Positions 38,009 through 53,300 of a DNA stretch of 64,000 nucleotides are shown piece by piece. A model generated the notes under the pieces. The model saw only the letters and a program-made list of their open reading frames with translations. It was not told the DNA's origin and made no database searches. The stretch is from the NCBI GenBank assembly GCA_964016885.1, contig OZ024740.1, forward strand, positions 280,240,001 to 280,304,000, read 5' to 3'. Position numbers and translations under genes: made by a program. The first letter of the stretch is position 1. The number at the start of each line of letters is the position of its first letter. The DNA is from Eledone cirrhosa. Taxonomy: Eukaryota.

Positions 38009-38770
38009 GAATGTATGTATAGTATATTTGGCAATATACCGTATGTTTAATTTAAAACATTTAGAAGACCATACGCTATCTGTTTTAAAATAGTGACCAT
38101 GCCACTTATTTCTTTTCGGCGAAAGAAGGGAGAGAAGCTAACAGTCTGTTTCACGCTGTTGGCGATCATCAGAGCCACGTACTTCCCTGCTTTTGCCGAA
38201 AATTATAGAAGCTGGATTCTTATAGAATTCCAGTAATAATCAGGAGCTGATTATACAGAGCGATTGCCGGTCCAGCAAAAAATATGTATTAGGATTGGTG
38301 CTCTGAAATAGTGATGTATACATGAATGTATGTATAGTATATTTGGCAATATACCGTATGTTTAATTAAAAACATTTAGAAGACCATACGTTATCTGTTT
38401 TAAAGTAGTGACCATGTCACTTACTTATGTATATTCATGTATACATACATTCATGTATGCATCGCTATTTCAGAGCACCAATCCTAATACATAATTTTTG
38501 CTGGACCGGCAATCGCTCTGTATAATCAGCTCCTGATTATTACTGGAATTCTATAAGAATCCAGCTTCTATAACTTTCGGCGAAAGCAGGGGAGTACGTG
38601 GAACAGACTGTTAGCTTCTCTCCCTTCTTTCGCCGAAAAGAAGTGACATGGTCACTACTTTAAAACAGATAGCGTATGGTCTTCTAAATGTTTTTAATTA
38701 AACATACGGTATATTGCCAAATATACTATACATACATTCATGTATACATCGCTATTTCAGAGCACCAATC
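38009..38770. mobile_element. Fold-back plus tandem copy of the 315-bp hammerhead element
   Basis: Minus-strand tandem 38009-38430 (repeat at 38009 and 38325) and plus copy 38435-38770. Hammerhead on minus at 38135-38177: ggct-CTGATGA-tcgc caaca gcgt-GAAA-cagactg-TT|agct. Confidence 0.85.
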
Positions 38771-38793
38771 ATAATACCTATACAATCATAATA

Positions 38794-38855
<62 letters not shown>

Positions 38856-39239
38856 CGGAGACGAGATCACATAGGAAACATATCTGATGATCTTTCGATT
38901 CTAGTTGATATAATATATATATTTTAGTTGATATAAAATGCTCAAGGTACTAATTACAAGGTACTAATCAACCCAAAACTACTGTTGGAGACATTTGTTT
39001 ATGGTGCTGCGTAGTGGGTTCGAAAGCGGAATCATGTGGCTGCAAAGCGAATTTCATTATTGCACCCACCCACACACATATACACACACACGCCTAAAAC
39101 AGCCCAATTATAAAGGTATGTGTGTGTATATATGGGTGTGTGTATATGGGTGTATGTAAGTGGGTGTGTAAGTTGAATAACATTTTTTCAACGCAGTCAT
39201 CCGTTTATTTCCACTTGTGAAGTCCACAAATATCTGTTT

Positions 39240-39495
39240 ATCAGCCTGTAGGTTGAGGAAAAGGAGGAGGAGAGGAAAGGAGTACAAGCTTTTCGTACTC
39301 CTGGAGATGAGGGTTGCACATTTTTTTCGGGGGTATGTGTTACTCATATAAACTGTCTCCCTCTATTGGGGAAAATCGACTAACTTTTAAATTCCATCTG
39401 TGATAACATTTTACACGTTTTTATTGTATGTAAACTTCCCCCTTTGTATTTGTCCCCTTCTTTTGTGCCTCTGTGGCTAATAAAGAAATATATCT
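39240..39495 (+). mobile_element. Tx1/L1-like LINE 3' UTR
   Basis: Matches the 34270-34497 type and ends gtggctaataaagaaatatatctatct. Confidence 0.7.
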
Positions 39496-40144
39496 ATCTT
39501 TCTATTCATATGGATATACATCACTGGGTGCGCACGCGAATGAAAATATATTTGATTTTCAAAAAGCCGCCACAACGTAGGTGAAATATAATGCATGCAT
39601 GTATGGCGCCATAACTTCCGGTAGAGTCGTAGAGGCGCCATATTGATATACGGCGTTCTTGAGCATTTTAAATCAAGCGAAGCCTAACCGTCTCCAAGCC
39701 TGAGTACAGCAGATTTCTTCCAGAGAAAGAGGAAAAATGAGAGACAGGAAATGAGAAAAAGATAAAAAGGAAAAATTCACCCCAACATTAGACTGGTACC
39801 TTTTTTTATCGACCTCGAAAGGCTGGATTTGAACTCAGCGAGCAGAGAGCCGGAACGAATACCCAACGTTCTAACGACTCTGCCAATTCGCCGCCTTGGT
39901 GAAATATAAACATTACATAAATAAGTCGAGTATATTACCATTACATGGTCAATGCTTAAATGCTCTCGTCCTGTGTATGATAGTTGTTGTCAGCTCTGTC
40001 TACTTCGTTCTTCGTCTATTGCTTATAGTTAATATTTATTGTGTCGGCTTTTCAAAAAGCAAGTGTATTTTTGAAATTTCAAATTTGCTTAATGCTCTTT
40101 AAATGAATCAGGTTTGATACATACATACATGCATACATGCATAC

Positions 40145-40220
<76 letters not shown>

Positions 40221-40347
40221 GGGATATGGCGTGGTAGGGTCGGAAAGTGCTCTACTACGGAGAGAGGAGATAAATAACGAAGGAATTGGGGTAAGGAACC
40301 AGATGGACCATAACGCACCAGAGTACTCAATACTTAGGGTAGTAGAG

Positions 40348-40378
<31 letters not shown>

Positions 40379-40570
40379 CATTTGTAGTTTTCCCCAAATT
40401 GACGGTTAAGTATTACTTCTTGATTTTATTTTGAAATTAAGATTGTATTACTTTTTCCCTCATCTTACATTAAACATTTTTTCATCTTGATGGTATAGTC
40501 ACTTATATGCCTGAATTATTGTTGGCATTTTGCTTACATTCATTTTATTTTCATTTATATATTTATTTTC

Positions 40571-40656
<86 letters not shown>

Positions 40657-40657
<1 letters not shown>

Positions 40658-41324
40658 AATGAATGAGACTAAAACAAAATATCTCTGAGAATGAATGAGA
40701 CTAAAACAAAATATCTGGTAGAGAATGCTGAGAAGCCAGAGGGGATCACTAATGTAGGCGGGAAGTCGCTAGAATTGGTTGAGGACTTCCTGTATTTGGG
40801 AGCAAAGATTGGGAATATGGAAGATGGTGTGGTTGAGAGGAAGAGCAAAGCCTGGGCGGCGTGCCACAGCTTGAGATCGGTATGAAAGTCGGACCTTCGT
40901 AAAGACCTGAAAATCCGCCTCTTCATTGCTGTAGTGGAGTCTGTGCTGCTGGACACTGACTCAAACGGTGGATGGGTGCTACACGAGAATGCTGAGGATG
41001 GCTCTGAACATTAATCAGTATACACTGAGGATGAAAAACTTAGAGCTGTATGGGAGCCTCCCAAAAGTCAGCTCAAAAGTGACACAGAGGAGACTGAGGT
41101 TAGCTGGACATGCTCTCCGACATCCAGAGTTGACATTGCACTCAGTGCTCCTGTGGGAACCCCTACATGGACACACTAGAAGAGGAAGAACAAGGTTAAC
41201 GTATGTTGATGCCCCAAGGACAGACACTGGTCTGTTGGAGACGCAGGACATGGCAGCGATAATGAGGGACAGAGACCGCTGGAGAGAACTCGTCTATGGA
41301 TCTCGGGAATTCTACCCGCCCTAG
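40657..41324 (+). mobile_element. RTE-clade LINE 3' fragment in (TA)n with a duplicated 5' end of about 30 nt
   Basis: MNETKTKYLVEN...EFYPP*, with an internal stop and deletion; gaatgaatgagactaaaacaaaatatct occurs twice. Confidence 0.9.
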
Positions 41325-41325
41325 A

Positions 41326-41356
<31 letters not shown>

Positions 41357-41384
41357 TACATACATATATACGGATTAGACTTCC

Positions 41385-41385
<1 letters not shown>

Positions 41386-41481
<96 letters not shown>
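41386..41481. repeat. (CTA)n microsatellite; another at 56797-56894
   Basis: Direct observation. Confidence 0.95.
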
Positions 41482-41483
41482 CA

Positions 41484-41535
<52 letters not shown>

Positions 41536-44129
41536 AACAAACGAAAAATCAGTGATGCATCTAGACTCAGTTTATTGCGTGTTACACTTGTTTCGCCGAC
41601 AGATAGCTCGAGGCATGATCATTGTGTGGATCTGCCTGATTCTACAGCTGCAGGTTCTTCGGACACATACAATGCTTTCGGAGCAAATTTTCTCACTGGG
41701 GATTTAGCTTAAAAAAAACACCTTAAAAAAAAAAAACATCTTCCACTCTTGTCTTGCCATTGGCTGTTGTTTTTCTACGTCATCATAAATTCTGGTCACT
41801 ATTTGCTGCCACACTGGTCATCAGCTATTCTCCGTCCGAAACACTTCAATGGAGTCATGCTGGGTTTGGTATCTCACACGTCCGCTCACACTCGCGATAT
41901 ATGTATATATACACACACACACATATATATATAAGGGTGTAATACAAATTATGGTCGATAAAATATAATATCAGTCATGTACTGCTGTCAGTGTAATCAA
42001 CTTTTCCCTCCCCTTAAATTGTTGGCCTTGTTCTGAAATTAGAAATAATAATTAAGTTTCTTTAAATCTATTGCTACATTCTTCTTTTAACGCGTTTTAA
42101 TAGCTTAATAAAATGCCTGGATAAGTGAGCCAGTATATTTTCAAGGACTATTGTATGTATCTCTTTCAAGATTACTTTCACTTCTTGTCATGAAGATGAA
42201 ATTGGCAAAAACTCTCAAGATAGAAGAGGTGACAAGTATATGACAAAAAACAAACAAACAAACAAGCAAAAAAATATATATATACAGTTTTCAAAGATAT
42301 CATTTTCTTAGACTTCATCTTCAGTACTATTGATGTAGACTTTGCACCATTTTAAAAACCAGAGGCCTGAGGGAAAAAATAATTTCAAAAGAAATTATGT
42401 ATTTCATGGTTTTCTGTAGCCTTGCAATACTCTATTACTCTTCAAAATAATTTTGGAATTCCCCTAAGTATTGATAGATTTCAAAATTCTTATAACTCAG
42501 TAATCCAGTAACTTACGTGTTCTTTTGTTCTAATGAATAAAGAAGACATATTCTAAATTTTAAATCTTAAATATTTCACCTTTAATATTAAACCCAACAC
42601 TTGTTTTAATTTTCTTATTGCTTTTTTAGTGTGTGAAGGAAAAAAAAAAAAAGAAAAGGTCATGATATAATTAGAAGGAATATATAGTGTGGTATGTGAC
42701 CAATGTAGGAAAGTATGTGATAAAGTATGGGTAAGTTATTTGAAGTTGTTATAGGGATGTGAGAGTTGCTGTGGCCATTGTTAGAAATAAAAACAAGCTT
42801 AACTAAAACTACATCCACCATTCGCAATTCGAGTGTGACTTGGTAATATGTACCATGCTTTCGGTAGGGGTTTAGATGCATTTACAGAAGCATGCAAACA
42901 CAGGCTCCCTTTCGACATTTCCTACCTTGATCCAACCGCACATAAAAAAACTGTGTTATCTGGAAAGAGAGAGGACTGCACGAAACGAACACTCGGCTGG
43001 TACTTTCTTTATCGACCTCAAAAGGAAGAAAAGCAAAGTAGACCTCGGTTAGATTTGTACTCAGAGCGCCGAAACAAATATCTGACGCTCTAACGACTCT
43101 TCTAAATCTACCACCTTGGATTATAGATGTAGATAATTACTTTTCATAGCTTTTAATGCAAATATTTATAGTGCATTATTTTCGTTTAAAAAAATAAAAA
43201 AATCTTTGTTGAGTTTCTTGATGTTTCGTTTTATTCCAGTTGTGTCTGGTTTTGGCTTGTTTTTAATAGATAGGCTATTTTAGTTGTAAAATATTTATGC
43301 TGTTTTTTTAGGATATATTTCTTGGATACAACTATTTTCTATGTACTGTTGCATCTATGTTGAAAAATGAAACTTGTAAAATTCTTCAAATTGTAATTGT
43401 GTCTCATGTTGCTTCTACACACATGTTTAACAATGTTAAAACAACATCCTAACGCCTAGACTTACGTATCAGCGTTACTTTCTCCAAATAACAAGAGCTC
43501 CTTACATTAGAGTACTCAGTATAAAACTATATAGAATAATTAGCAGTAGCATCAGTAACAACAATGACCGAGAAGCAGCACATGTCACAACACCAGCGTT
43601 CAATAGCGTAATTACATATCAAACAGCCAACTAACACACATATGAAACATTTCCTGAAAATCAGTCATCAAAATCGACACAAAGAACGTGAAAAGGATGT
43701 TACTTACACATATAAAGGGTTAAAGAACCCATAACTCCTTGTGGAGTTGTAGAGGCACCATCATACGGCGTGTCTAGGGCACTTTTAAACCTGGCGGAGC
43801 CCAACCCTCTCCAGGGCTGAACACAGCTGATTTTTTCTATAGAGGAAGAATCGACCCCAGTACTGGACTGGTACAATCTTTTATCGACCTCGAAAGGATG
43901 AAAGGCAAAGTTGACTCCGGCAGGATTTGAACTCAGAGCGCGCAATGAGGTGGTACGAATGCCGTAAAGCATTCTATCCGATGTCTTAACGTCTCTGTCA
44001 ATTCGCCGCCTATATCGCATATATCATTACAAAAGCATATTACATAAAGCAATAAGGAAATCTAAAACCTAAAAACTCTCAAAGGCCTGCAAGAATCATT
44101 TGTTTCATCAGTATCTACTACTATTTGTA

Positions 44130-44800
44130 ACAACACTGTCTCTGAATCTAGAAACTTGGAAAATCATGACAATTCTAAAACCCAAGAAAATGCTCAAAGA
44201 AGTAGCTTCACATAAGTCGATTATCTTTCATGCACACTTACTAATTTACTTTTTTAGAAAAAAAACTCATTCTTCATTTAACTAATCAAAATATTTCCTT
44301 CTGTAAATCCAAACACTACACTCAACGATTACACTACTCAAGGAACTAACACAGAAAGTTCATAACACTTCAGTAACGACAACATAATCCTCACCATTCT
44401 AAATACCATCGATATCAGCAAAGCTTTCGACTCAATTTACTGCTATCCACTTATGCACAAACAACTCAACACCTTAAGAAACCCAACAGAAAGTTGATTA
44501 GTAAACTACTTGTCAGGTAATGAAGCCAATGTATTATGTTGAAACAACATTTCTAGAATTTGCAATTTCCTGAATAAAGTACAGCAAACGTTTTTCAACT
44601 TCTATCAATACGACCTGCCCACACCTCATCCAAACATATACATTATCTCATACATAGATGACATCCCGCACCACTCTCTTATCTCATGTCACAGCCAGAC
44701 AGCTACTACAATCCTATATCAAACATCCAGAATCATGACTACAAATGAAGATACTTAAAATAACACCCACCAAATCTAATGTTGCCATTCTTGCCAACAA
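44130..44800 (+). mobile_element. Highly decayed non-LTR reverse transcriptase remnant
   Basis: Fragments WKIMTILKPKK, IDISKAFDS, FNFYQYDLP and IISYIDDI. Confidence 0.7.
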
Positions 44801-46045
44801 CACAAGAAAACATCAAAGGAAACTAACCATTTCACCTCACAACACAAGGACCACATACACAGAAGACAAAAATACAACACCACCACCACAATATTACAGT
44901 ACATATAAAACCTAGAATCAAAGCAAAAAGACAAACGCACTCATATGTATTATATTTTCCCAACAAAACGAAATAACAGAGTATATTCACTATAGAATAT
45001 ACTAGCCAATTCTGGGCCTGCAAATTCACCGCAATAAACAAATAAAAGACAACGAAGAACACGAAACAACACATTTCCCGCCATAATAAATTGTATAGTG
45101 ATAACACTTATAGGTCACCTACGCAACGAAACAAGAAGACTGACCTAAGCATCCAAGACCACGTAGACATGTAAAGGGCACAATGTGTTGCCACAAGAAA
45201 CTTTAACCGTCACAGTCCTTGCCACTATATGAAAAATAACTTCTAAAAACAGTTACATATAGAACACTCTATGACATTACTTCTACAGCAGCCTAAAAGC
45301 AATACCTCTCTCAGTCAGTCTAGACAAGCTTAAGAAAAAATCATCATGAATCTATAACAGCATCAATAATCTACCATCAGAAGACAGTAACAGTCGCGCT
45401 CTCCTGTTGTCACTATCAGAATACGCATGAGTAAAAAAAAAATATATATAGAATGAACTGTGGAGGAAAATGCACCATGTCACACTGCATTCCACGCGAT
45501 TCATCACGGCATGCCACCGAAGTGAGCAGTATGGTAGGCGGAGACATGGTTCGATATGTTAAAATCTGAAATCCAGAATCTGAGAAAACTGATTAAGACC
45601 TGTGTCTAACAATAAGTCAATAGAGAATAATTTACCTTACAGTGATGAACAAAGAACCTAATATTTCGGATTATTTCCCTGTGAAGAAGGGATAAAGTGT
45701 TGTAACAGAAGTTGTGGGCAAGTAAATGATAAAGGAATTGAAGTAAAGAAGTGATATTTCATGTTAACTTAATATACATCAAAATTAACTACTATGAGCA
45801 CTAATAATAGGCAAATTAGCACGTCCATTTCAGTAACACTCTATTAGTGATAGGGTATATAAATTACTCGGTTACGTATTTCCTTATAGTAGTTTAGATG
45901 ATATACATATCTTCTGATGGGAACCCCAAAATATTCGAAGATCAATTCAAGACATTTATCGTTTTTGTAAATTTACAGGGAAATACGCAAGATTTGATAA
46001 TGTCTAGATTTTTATACACATTCACGCATCTCAGTCACCTCTGTA

Positions 46046-46105
<60 letters not shown>

Positions 46106-46252
46106 CACACATACACACATATATCAAGGCAAAAACCGATCACGACGCTTAGCGACTTTAGCTTGCACGTAGCAAGCCTTCTCGAGGTTAAACGCAGAAT
46201 TTCAATACACACACACACACGCCCAATTACACACACAGACACACGCAGACAC

Positions 46253-46354
<102 letters not shown>

Positions 46355-46383
46355 ATGCGCGCGCACACACACACATACACCTC

Positions 46384-46943
46384 TCTATATAATAGCTCGT
46401 TTGTTTGTCTGGTTGTCTCCAATGCACCTAAAAGCTAGTGCTAAAAAATGGAATAGTGAGTCAACTGGATTGTGCTGTTTAAATGGAAAGATTAAGTTTT
46501 GACTATTACCTGAACCACCAGAACCCTAGATGAGACTGCTGATTGGTACAACTACTGAATCAAGACACTTTCTTCAAAATGTCCAGAAGTACAATAATGC
46601 ATTCCAAATGACATCATTTAGTGCAAATTTCATCCATGAAGGTGGCTCTATGTCCACTTTCAAGATCCAAGGGTAAGTGTACCATAGAATTGGACTACTT
46701 CAGCCACCTTCAGAAGAAGAACCAATATATTTACAACTGTATTTCATCAGTGATATGAAAACCCAAGCACAGACAAGATATGAAACGAACAAAGAAACAA
46801 AGTATGAAATCATATTGCAACTATAAGATATGTTACATACAAGAAACAGCTATATTAGAAGTTTCAAATATACCCTAGAAAAAAGTTTTGAATAAAATTT
46901 CATTATTTTCTCCAACCCGGGTAACGCCAGGTACTTCTGCTAG
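46384..46943 (+). mobile_element. Internally deleted Helitron retaining a Rep/helicase N-terminal fragment
   Basis: CCLNGKI...SRHFLQNVQKYNNAFQMTSF...FKIQG*VYHRIGLLQP...LQLYF. 3' end acccgggtaacgccaggt...ctgCTAG|t. Confidence 0.85.
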
Positions 46944-46973
46944 TATATATATATATATGTATTCCCCTCCCCC

Positions 46974-47004
<31 letters not shown>

Positions 47005-49699
47005 GCTAGCTAGATATATGTGTGTATGTCTGTCCGTCTGCTTGCTATACCCCTTCACATACAATCTATGCAGCTAATTCATAAAGATGTACTGACCAGC
47101 ATACTAAAACTACCAGATAAAAGTTGCTGCTTTGTTTCACTAGCAAGTCCCACGCTTTACCTAATCCCTCCTCCCAGGACTATAACCTTCTGGAACTCAT
47201 TATCTGCTCACGTTTTTCTCACATGAGCTTGATGCTGAACATTAACAGCATAAACCTCCTGAAACTGGGAGGTCCTGCAAAGGAAATGGGTATCGCCCCG
47301 CCCACTCATTCCAAATCATAATAACAATTCCTATTTAGAAGATTGTAAAAGTGTTTTTATGTTTTGTTTATTGATGTATGGGCGTGGTCAGAGTTGAGGG
47401 ATTGTTTTCACTCTGGTTATTGGCAGCCAGGAGTGTGGATCAGAAAATGATGTATGGATAGAAGCTAGTGTTAATGGTTATGTTAGCGTAGTATGTGGGT
47501 GTGCTTGTGTGAGTATGTGTATATTGTTTAGGTGTCCCAAGGGAGTTTAGTAATGATGCTATTGTATTTCATGCTACAAGTTTTTCTTTTTAAAAGCTTG
47601 TATTTCTATTATGTTGTCGTGACCTATTTGTGTTCGGATGACGTTTGTGAAATCAATGCATTGGATGTAGATGTTTATGCTTGTTATAAGAACAGGCTCA
47701 ATCATAGCTGTCATTATGATTGGTTACCATCTGGTATTTGAGAATGTTCTGTGTTAAATGTTTCTGTTTTTTCATACAACTAAAATGGTCTTAAGTTGGT
47801 GATGAGAATTTTTATTGCCATAATTGAGCCATATATATCATACTGTAAGATATATATAAGAAATTGAGCGACTGTGTAACAGCTCCCTTGCTGGTTGTTT
47901 CAAAGTTATCATACTGTAGCCATACTGGGGTGCCATTTCTAAGGTACAGTGAATTACATTGGCACCAGTACGTATTGCATGGACGTTAGAAGGATAAAAG
48001 GTAGAGTGAACCTGGGCGGAATTTGAACTTATAACTCAATAGACGTAACCAAATACTTCAAGGTATTTTGTTTAACGTTCTCTGGATTCTGTTATATACT
48101 CATCATTGTCGGGTTGTGTCTTTTAGTCCCAGATTAGCCCTGATTGAGGAGATTTATGATAAAAAAGTTTTCCAAAGGTTTTTGTATATCAAAGATTACG
48201 TTGTTTTTATGAATCCCCTCAACGTTTCTTTCTTAAATCTGAAATACTAGAGTGTAATTTAAGGGAAATTTGTTTGCTATTTCTAACGTAGAGGCTTCTT
48301 CATCTGCTAGGTGATTTATGGTGTCTGTTTATATATGTGTTTTCTTTTTTGCTGGGATGCTCCTATCTGTTTAGTCATTCACATCAAGTTTAGGAGTCAC
48401 TTTTCCCCACATGTTTTTTTTACATGTTTGGCTATAAGATGATCTGTATGGTTAGTGTCAAATTTTCCATCATTTGACGGGTGTTCCAACCGTGGCCATC
48501 AAGTCTAGTTTCCATGCATGTAGTTTCAAAATTAGATTCTTTAGAAAATAGATCGTTTTGTCAGACGAATTTTGATGGAACAGTAAATATGTATTATACA
48601 TTAAAATGCGTGTCTATCTAATAGTGGTTCCTCCGTCGGTTTCGAAAATGAGCATTAAGTTTTTCAACTAAGTGAATGTCTAATTTGTGAATTGACGCGG
48701 CTCCTTAACGAAATTTTCAATCTGAGTCTGCATGACAAGATTTCTATGTAGCTTCCGTTGTCTACCCAATTCCATTCAAAAGGCTTGGGTCAACTCGAAT
48801 CTATTGTAAATACACTTACCCAAAATGTCACTCCATCGGATCGCACTCGGGATCACGTGATTGCAAAGTGAACTTCTTAAATATTCAGCCTTGCGTGTTT
48901 CCACAACACCTAACTACATAGAACTCTGTTTAAAAATAAGTCAAGTAATTTCAGAATTGATTTTCGAAATATATTTGCTCCCGTTTTGAGACAATAAACA
49001 TTGGCTTGGAGGAGATTTGGTTTCTGTTGATTGTAGGTTGAGAGCTTTCGTTACGCTCTATTGCTAGATTTTGTAATAGTTTCTTTCTAAGGAAAAAAAA
49101 AAAAAAATATTCACTCTTCGTTTATGTTTTTAGTTGCTTCTTTGTGATACTTGCGGCGTTCGAATTTGTATGTTTGTTGAAATATTTCCTCTGTCACGTG
49201 TTCATTGTCCATTTATTTTTTTATCTTATTTAATTCTGTTTCTCTTAGTTTTCATTTTTCTCCTTTATATGTAGCAGTGACTAAAATATAATTGTCTAGC
49301 GTATAGTTGAGCTTTGGGCGTTTGAATTGCATTTTTGAGATTAGTTATCTCAATGTGTATTTCGCTTCCCATATTACCGTATCATGAATAAACGTAGCTT
49401 TCTATATGATTATGGTTATCATAACATTGATTTTACATTAGTCGTTACTATATGCATCATTGTAAAAAATTCAAATAAAATAAAATGTGAAAGAAATCAT
49501 TATTAAGTTACTGGAACTAAATATTTATAAGTATAAAGACTACTATACTATTTTTGCTATTATAAAAGTGGGGTAACGCATTTAATGTCCCCTTTGAATA
49601 GTTACAATTTGACAAAAATATAGAAGTTTCTAGGAAAGTTGAACTGGGTATAGTGGTATATCTAGGACTTGGGGATGCTGGTGGTGATGGACACAATAT

Positions 49700-50370
49700 G
49701 GGTAATGAGGGGAGGTGAAATGAATGAATGAGAAACATGCACGAGTTCAGCTAACCCTGAGATAACTGTAATAGCGATGGAAAAAGGAAATAGGGGTGGT
49801 AACCCGTCTGTGGACCGGGGGCTGGGTTGTATTGTTCGAGCGACTTCATGTGAAAGCAGTACTTCGGTGAGGGTCTCCCCTGAACTTTGTAGAGAGTTAG
49901 TAGTTGCTCGCAACTAAAGTATTTCCTGACTCTGTAAAAAGGAAGGCCTGTTTTTATGATGCAATTTTTGCTATGTTGAAGATGTGCATCCGGCAATAGA
50001 TGTCCACACCGATAGTGACATTTGGCAAATTAAAGATTGTTTCTATACCGAGGTAGGTAGGGATACAATATTATTTTCTTGATATGCGTAGTGGTAGTGT
50101 CTTTGTGCTGATAAGTGGGACAAGACTGACATGATGTTTTCGAAGTCCTTTAGCTCAGAATCAATGTAGGTTTGGCTCGCTCGAAGTGTCGATGGTGACT
50201 GTGAATGAGGCTTAAGTGCGCAAGCTTAGGAAGAAACTAATGAATGAAAAAAGGAAGGAACGAACGAACGATAGAAGGAGCTAGGGTGTTATTTGCATAA
50301 ACGTGAGCGTTATTGGAGACACCGGTAAATAGGTCGTTGATGCGTGGAAAGAAGAGAGTAGAATATACAA
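49700..50370 (-). mobile_element. Decayed CR1/Jockey-group LINE RT C-terminal remnant
   Basis: Fragments RINDL...AHVYAN and YRVRKYFSCEQLLTLYKVQGRP. Confidence 0.55.
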
Positions 50371-53300
50371 TTGAATACAATTGAATACAATTGCAGTATA
50401 GCAGCGTTAATAAAATATAGATCAGAGGAAGCCCCAGCGAACACACGATACGCTATTGTGATGTGACAGGAATTCTCTTAATCAAGAGATGAGAGATGGA
50501 TGGAAGCCATAACCAGAATGTAAGATATGAAAGTGAAATAATATGAACTAAAACAAAAACAATGTCAGCGCTTGCAGCTGTTTACAATATAGTGTTTGCA
50601 AGATAGATCCTACTCTTCTTCAATGTAGTTAGCTTATGGTTTGTATTTTGTTATTTCCATATGCATAAAGAAAATAAGTCTGTTTTCTTCACGTTCCCTT
50701 ATTTAATTAACCATTTCCCTAGTGTTTGTTGTTAAGTATTTTCTCGCCTTAATGTTTCTATTCTGTTCCTTATTTGTTCTATCTTTTCAGTCAATTCTGT
50801 AAGTGAGGGAGTTATATCTTATCTATGTCAGCATTACGGCGGTGGATCTGGAATACTGAAAGTAGTTCTTAGTTGTTTTAAGTTCTTCAATTCCTTTAAC
50901 TTATAATTTACATTTATAACTGAGATGGTGGTATGTATATTCACACCCACTATATTGCATTGAGTTCTTATCTATTTCTAGCATTGAGTTCTATTTTTAA
51001 TATTAGTCTTATTAAAAGGCGGTAGATTGCCAGTATCGATAGAGCGTTACGCCCCTTTACGATCTGAGTTCAAATCCTGCCGAGGTTAGCTTTGCCGGGT
51101 CGATAAATGTAAGTACCAGTAATGCACTGGGTCGATGTAATCGACTTCCCCCTCCCCCGAAATGTTTGGCCTTCTGCCTAAATCAGAAACCAATATTAGT
51201 CTTATTAAAGGGCCGTGGATTGCCAGTATCGGTAGCGTGTCGGACATGTTTTATGGCATAGAGTTACGTCCCTTTATGTTCTGAGTTCAAATCCCGCCGA
51301 TGTTAACTTTGCCTTTCATCCTTACGTGGTCGATAAAATAATGTGCCAGTAACGCACTGGAGTCGATCTCCCCTAAAATTGTTGGCCTTGTGCATAACCG
51401 AGAAACCAATATCAGTCTTAATTCCCTCCGGAACCAGTCATGTACTGAGTCGATATAATTGACTTTCTCCTTCCCTCAAATTGTTGGCCTTGTGCCTAAA
51501 CTAGAACTCAACATTAGTCTAATTAATCTATATTACTTTTTCTCATGTTTCCCCTTCATTTCCTCGTGCTGGATAGTTTCTCCTATTCCTAAATGTTTAT
51601 GTTGGTGGTTCTGCACAATTCTCCGATGTTAGTATTTGGATGTGATTTAATCTCCCCAGTTTTAGCTTTTTTTCATCATCTTATATCAGCTTTGACACAT
51701 TGTCTCGTACTAATCGTAGCTGGATTAGTGAACAGTTTTTAGTAGGTATCTTCAACTAGGCATTGTTCATTGGAAATAGTTTAAAGTGAAATATAGAGTT
51801 TATAATTTGTTCATAGTATCAATAACTATTGGTGGTTTCATTCAGAAAAATATTGACGATGAGGTTCGAACTAGGCAGAAAAAGGAGAGGATATGAGATA
51901 TTCCTAAAAGATTTCTCTTTTTGTAGATATGGGGCTGGTTTTAGCAAACTCTTTGTCTAGCAATAATATAATTGAGATGGCTGGGTGATGTTAGTATTGA
52001 TGTTTTTTTAATATAATATGCTTCCAATATCAAGGAGTATTAGATGACTTTTGATAATTAATTCATGCCATGCTAAGGTTTATTTTCTTCTTTTGCTGTC
52101 TTTTACAATAGTCCAGTCCACTAATAGCTGCTTTTCACACCCTCAAATACCGTAACTGCTACCCTTCCTGATTCTCTAGTAAAATATTATTGATCTATCG
52201 GCTTGTTGACCATTGACAAGCGTGTTATAGGACACTAGTTAGGTGTAAGGACCTGCAGTGATGTTGTTTTGAGGATTTAGTATTGCTTTCCCCATCAACA
52301 GCTAAATATCCATGGGTTGTGGCCAGATGTTTCAGTCAGAAGTTGGTGACCTTTTCAATCTCTGATATTTTCCAGTTGTTTTCAGTTTTCAGTGTGTCAG
52401 TGATCTCCTTGATCGTAATGGTAAACAGGGATTGTGGCGTTATCACATTTTTGTCCCCATCCTTTCTGATCCATTGTGTATTTTATTGTGATTGATTGTA
52501 TTTTGTTCATTCTCTCCCACCCGCTGCTAAGTAATCATGAATTTCTGTTAGTACTGGTGTTAGTGTGTCTTCTAGTGTTATAATTGTTTTTATCGATGTC
52601 TCTGTATATTCTTTTGGTATTTGACTGGAGTATTCAGTTGTAAACTCTTTTTTATTTGGTCATATATGTATAAAGGCGGCGAATTGGCAGAGTCGTTAAA
52701 ACGTCAGGTAGAGTGCTTTGTGGTATTCGTTCCGTCTCTCTGCTTACTGAGTTCAAATCCTTTCGAGGTCGATAAAAAAAGTGCCAGTCTAGTACTGGGA
52801 TCGATTCTTCCTCTGTATCTCTTTCTCACTTCCTATCCTTCTCTGGAAGACATCTGTTGTACACGGGCTTGGTGAGGGATGGACTACACCAGCCTTAAAG
52901 TGCCCAGGAAACGCCGTATGTCAATACGATGCCCCCCTACGACTCCATCTGGAGTTACATGGCCATACCATACTATTTATTTTCCTGGAAGGAGCGTTAG
53001 CGTTGTTCAAAGCAGCTAATTCTGTTGCTATGTTCTATTCGAGCTTTTACCTTGCTTTCAAAGTGTCTCCGCGTCTAGTGATGCATTATTACTTGGATTT
53101 CTTTCGTTTTCCTTTTGGGTCTCTCTTTAACTAGTTCACTAAGTAAAAATTAGTCTTTCATTTTTTCCCAATTTTATGTTTCTTTTCATTGTTTGTTTGT
53201 TCATCATTGTTTGTTTTTGGAGTTAAGTTTGGGGTTCATCTCTATTAGAATCAATCATTGTTTTTTTCGATCCTGCAACTACTACGACTAGATATTGCTA

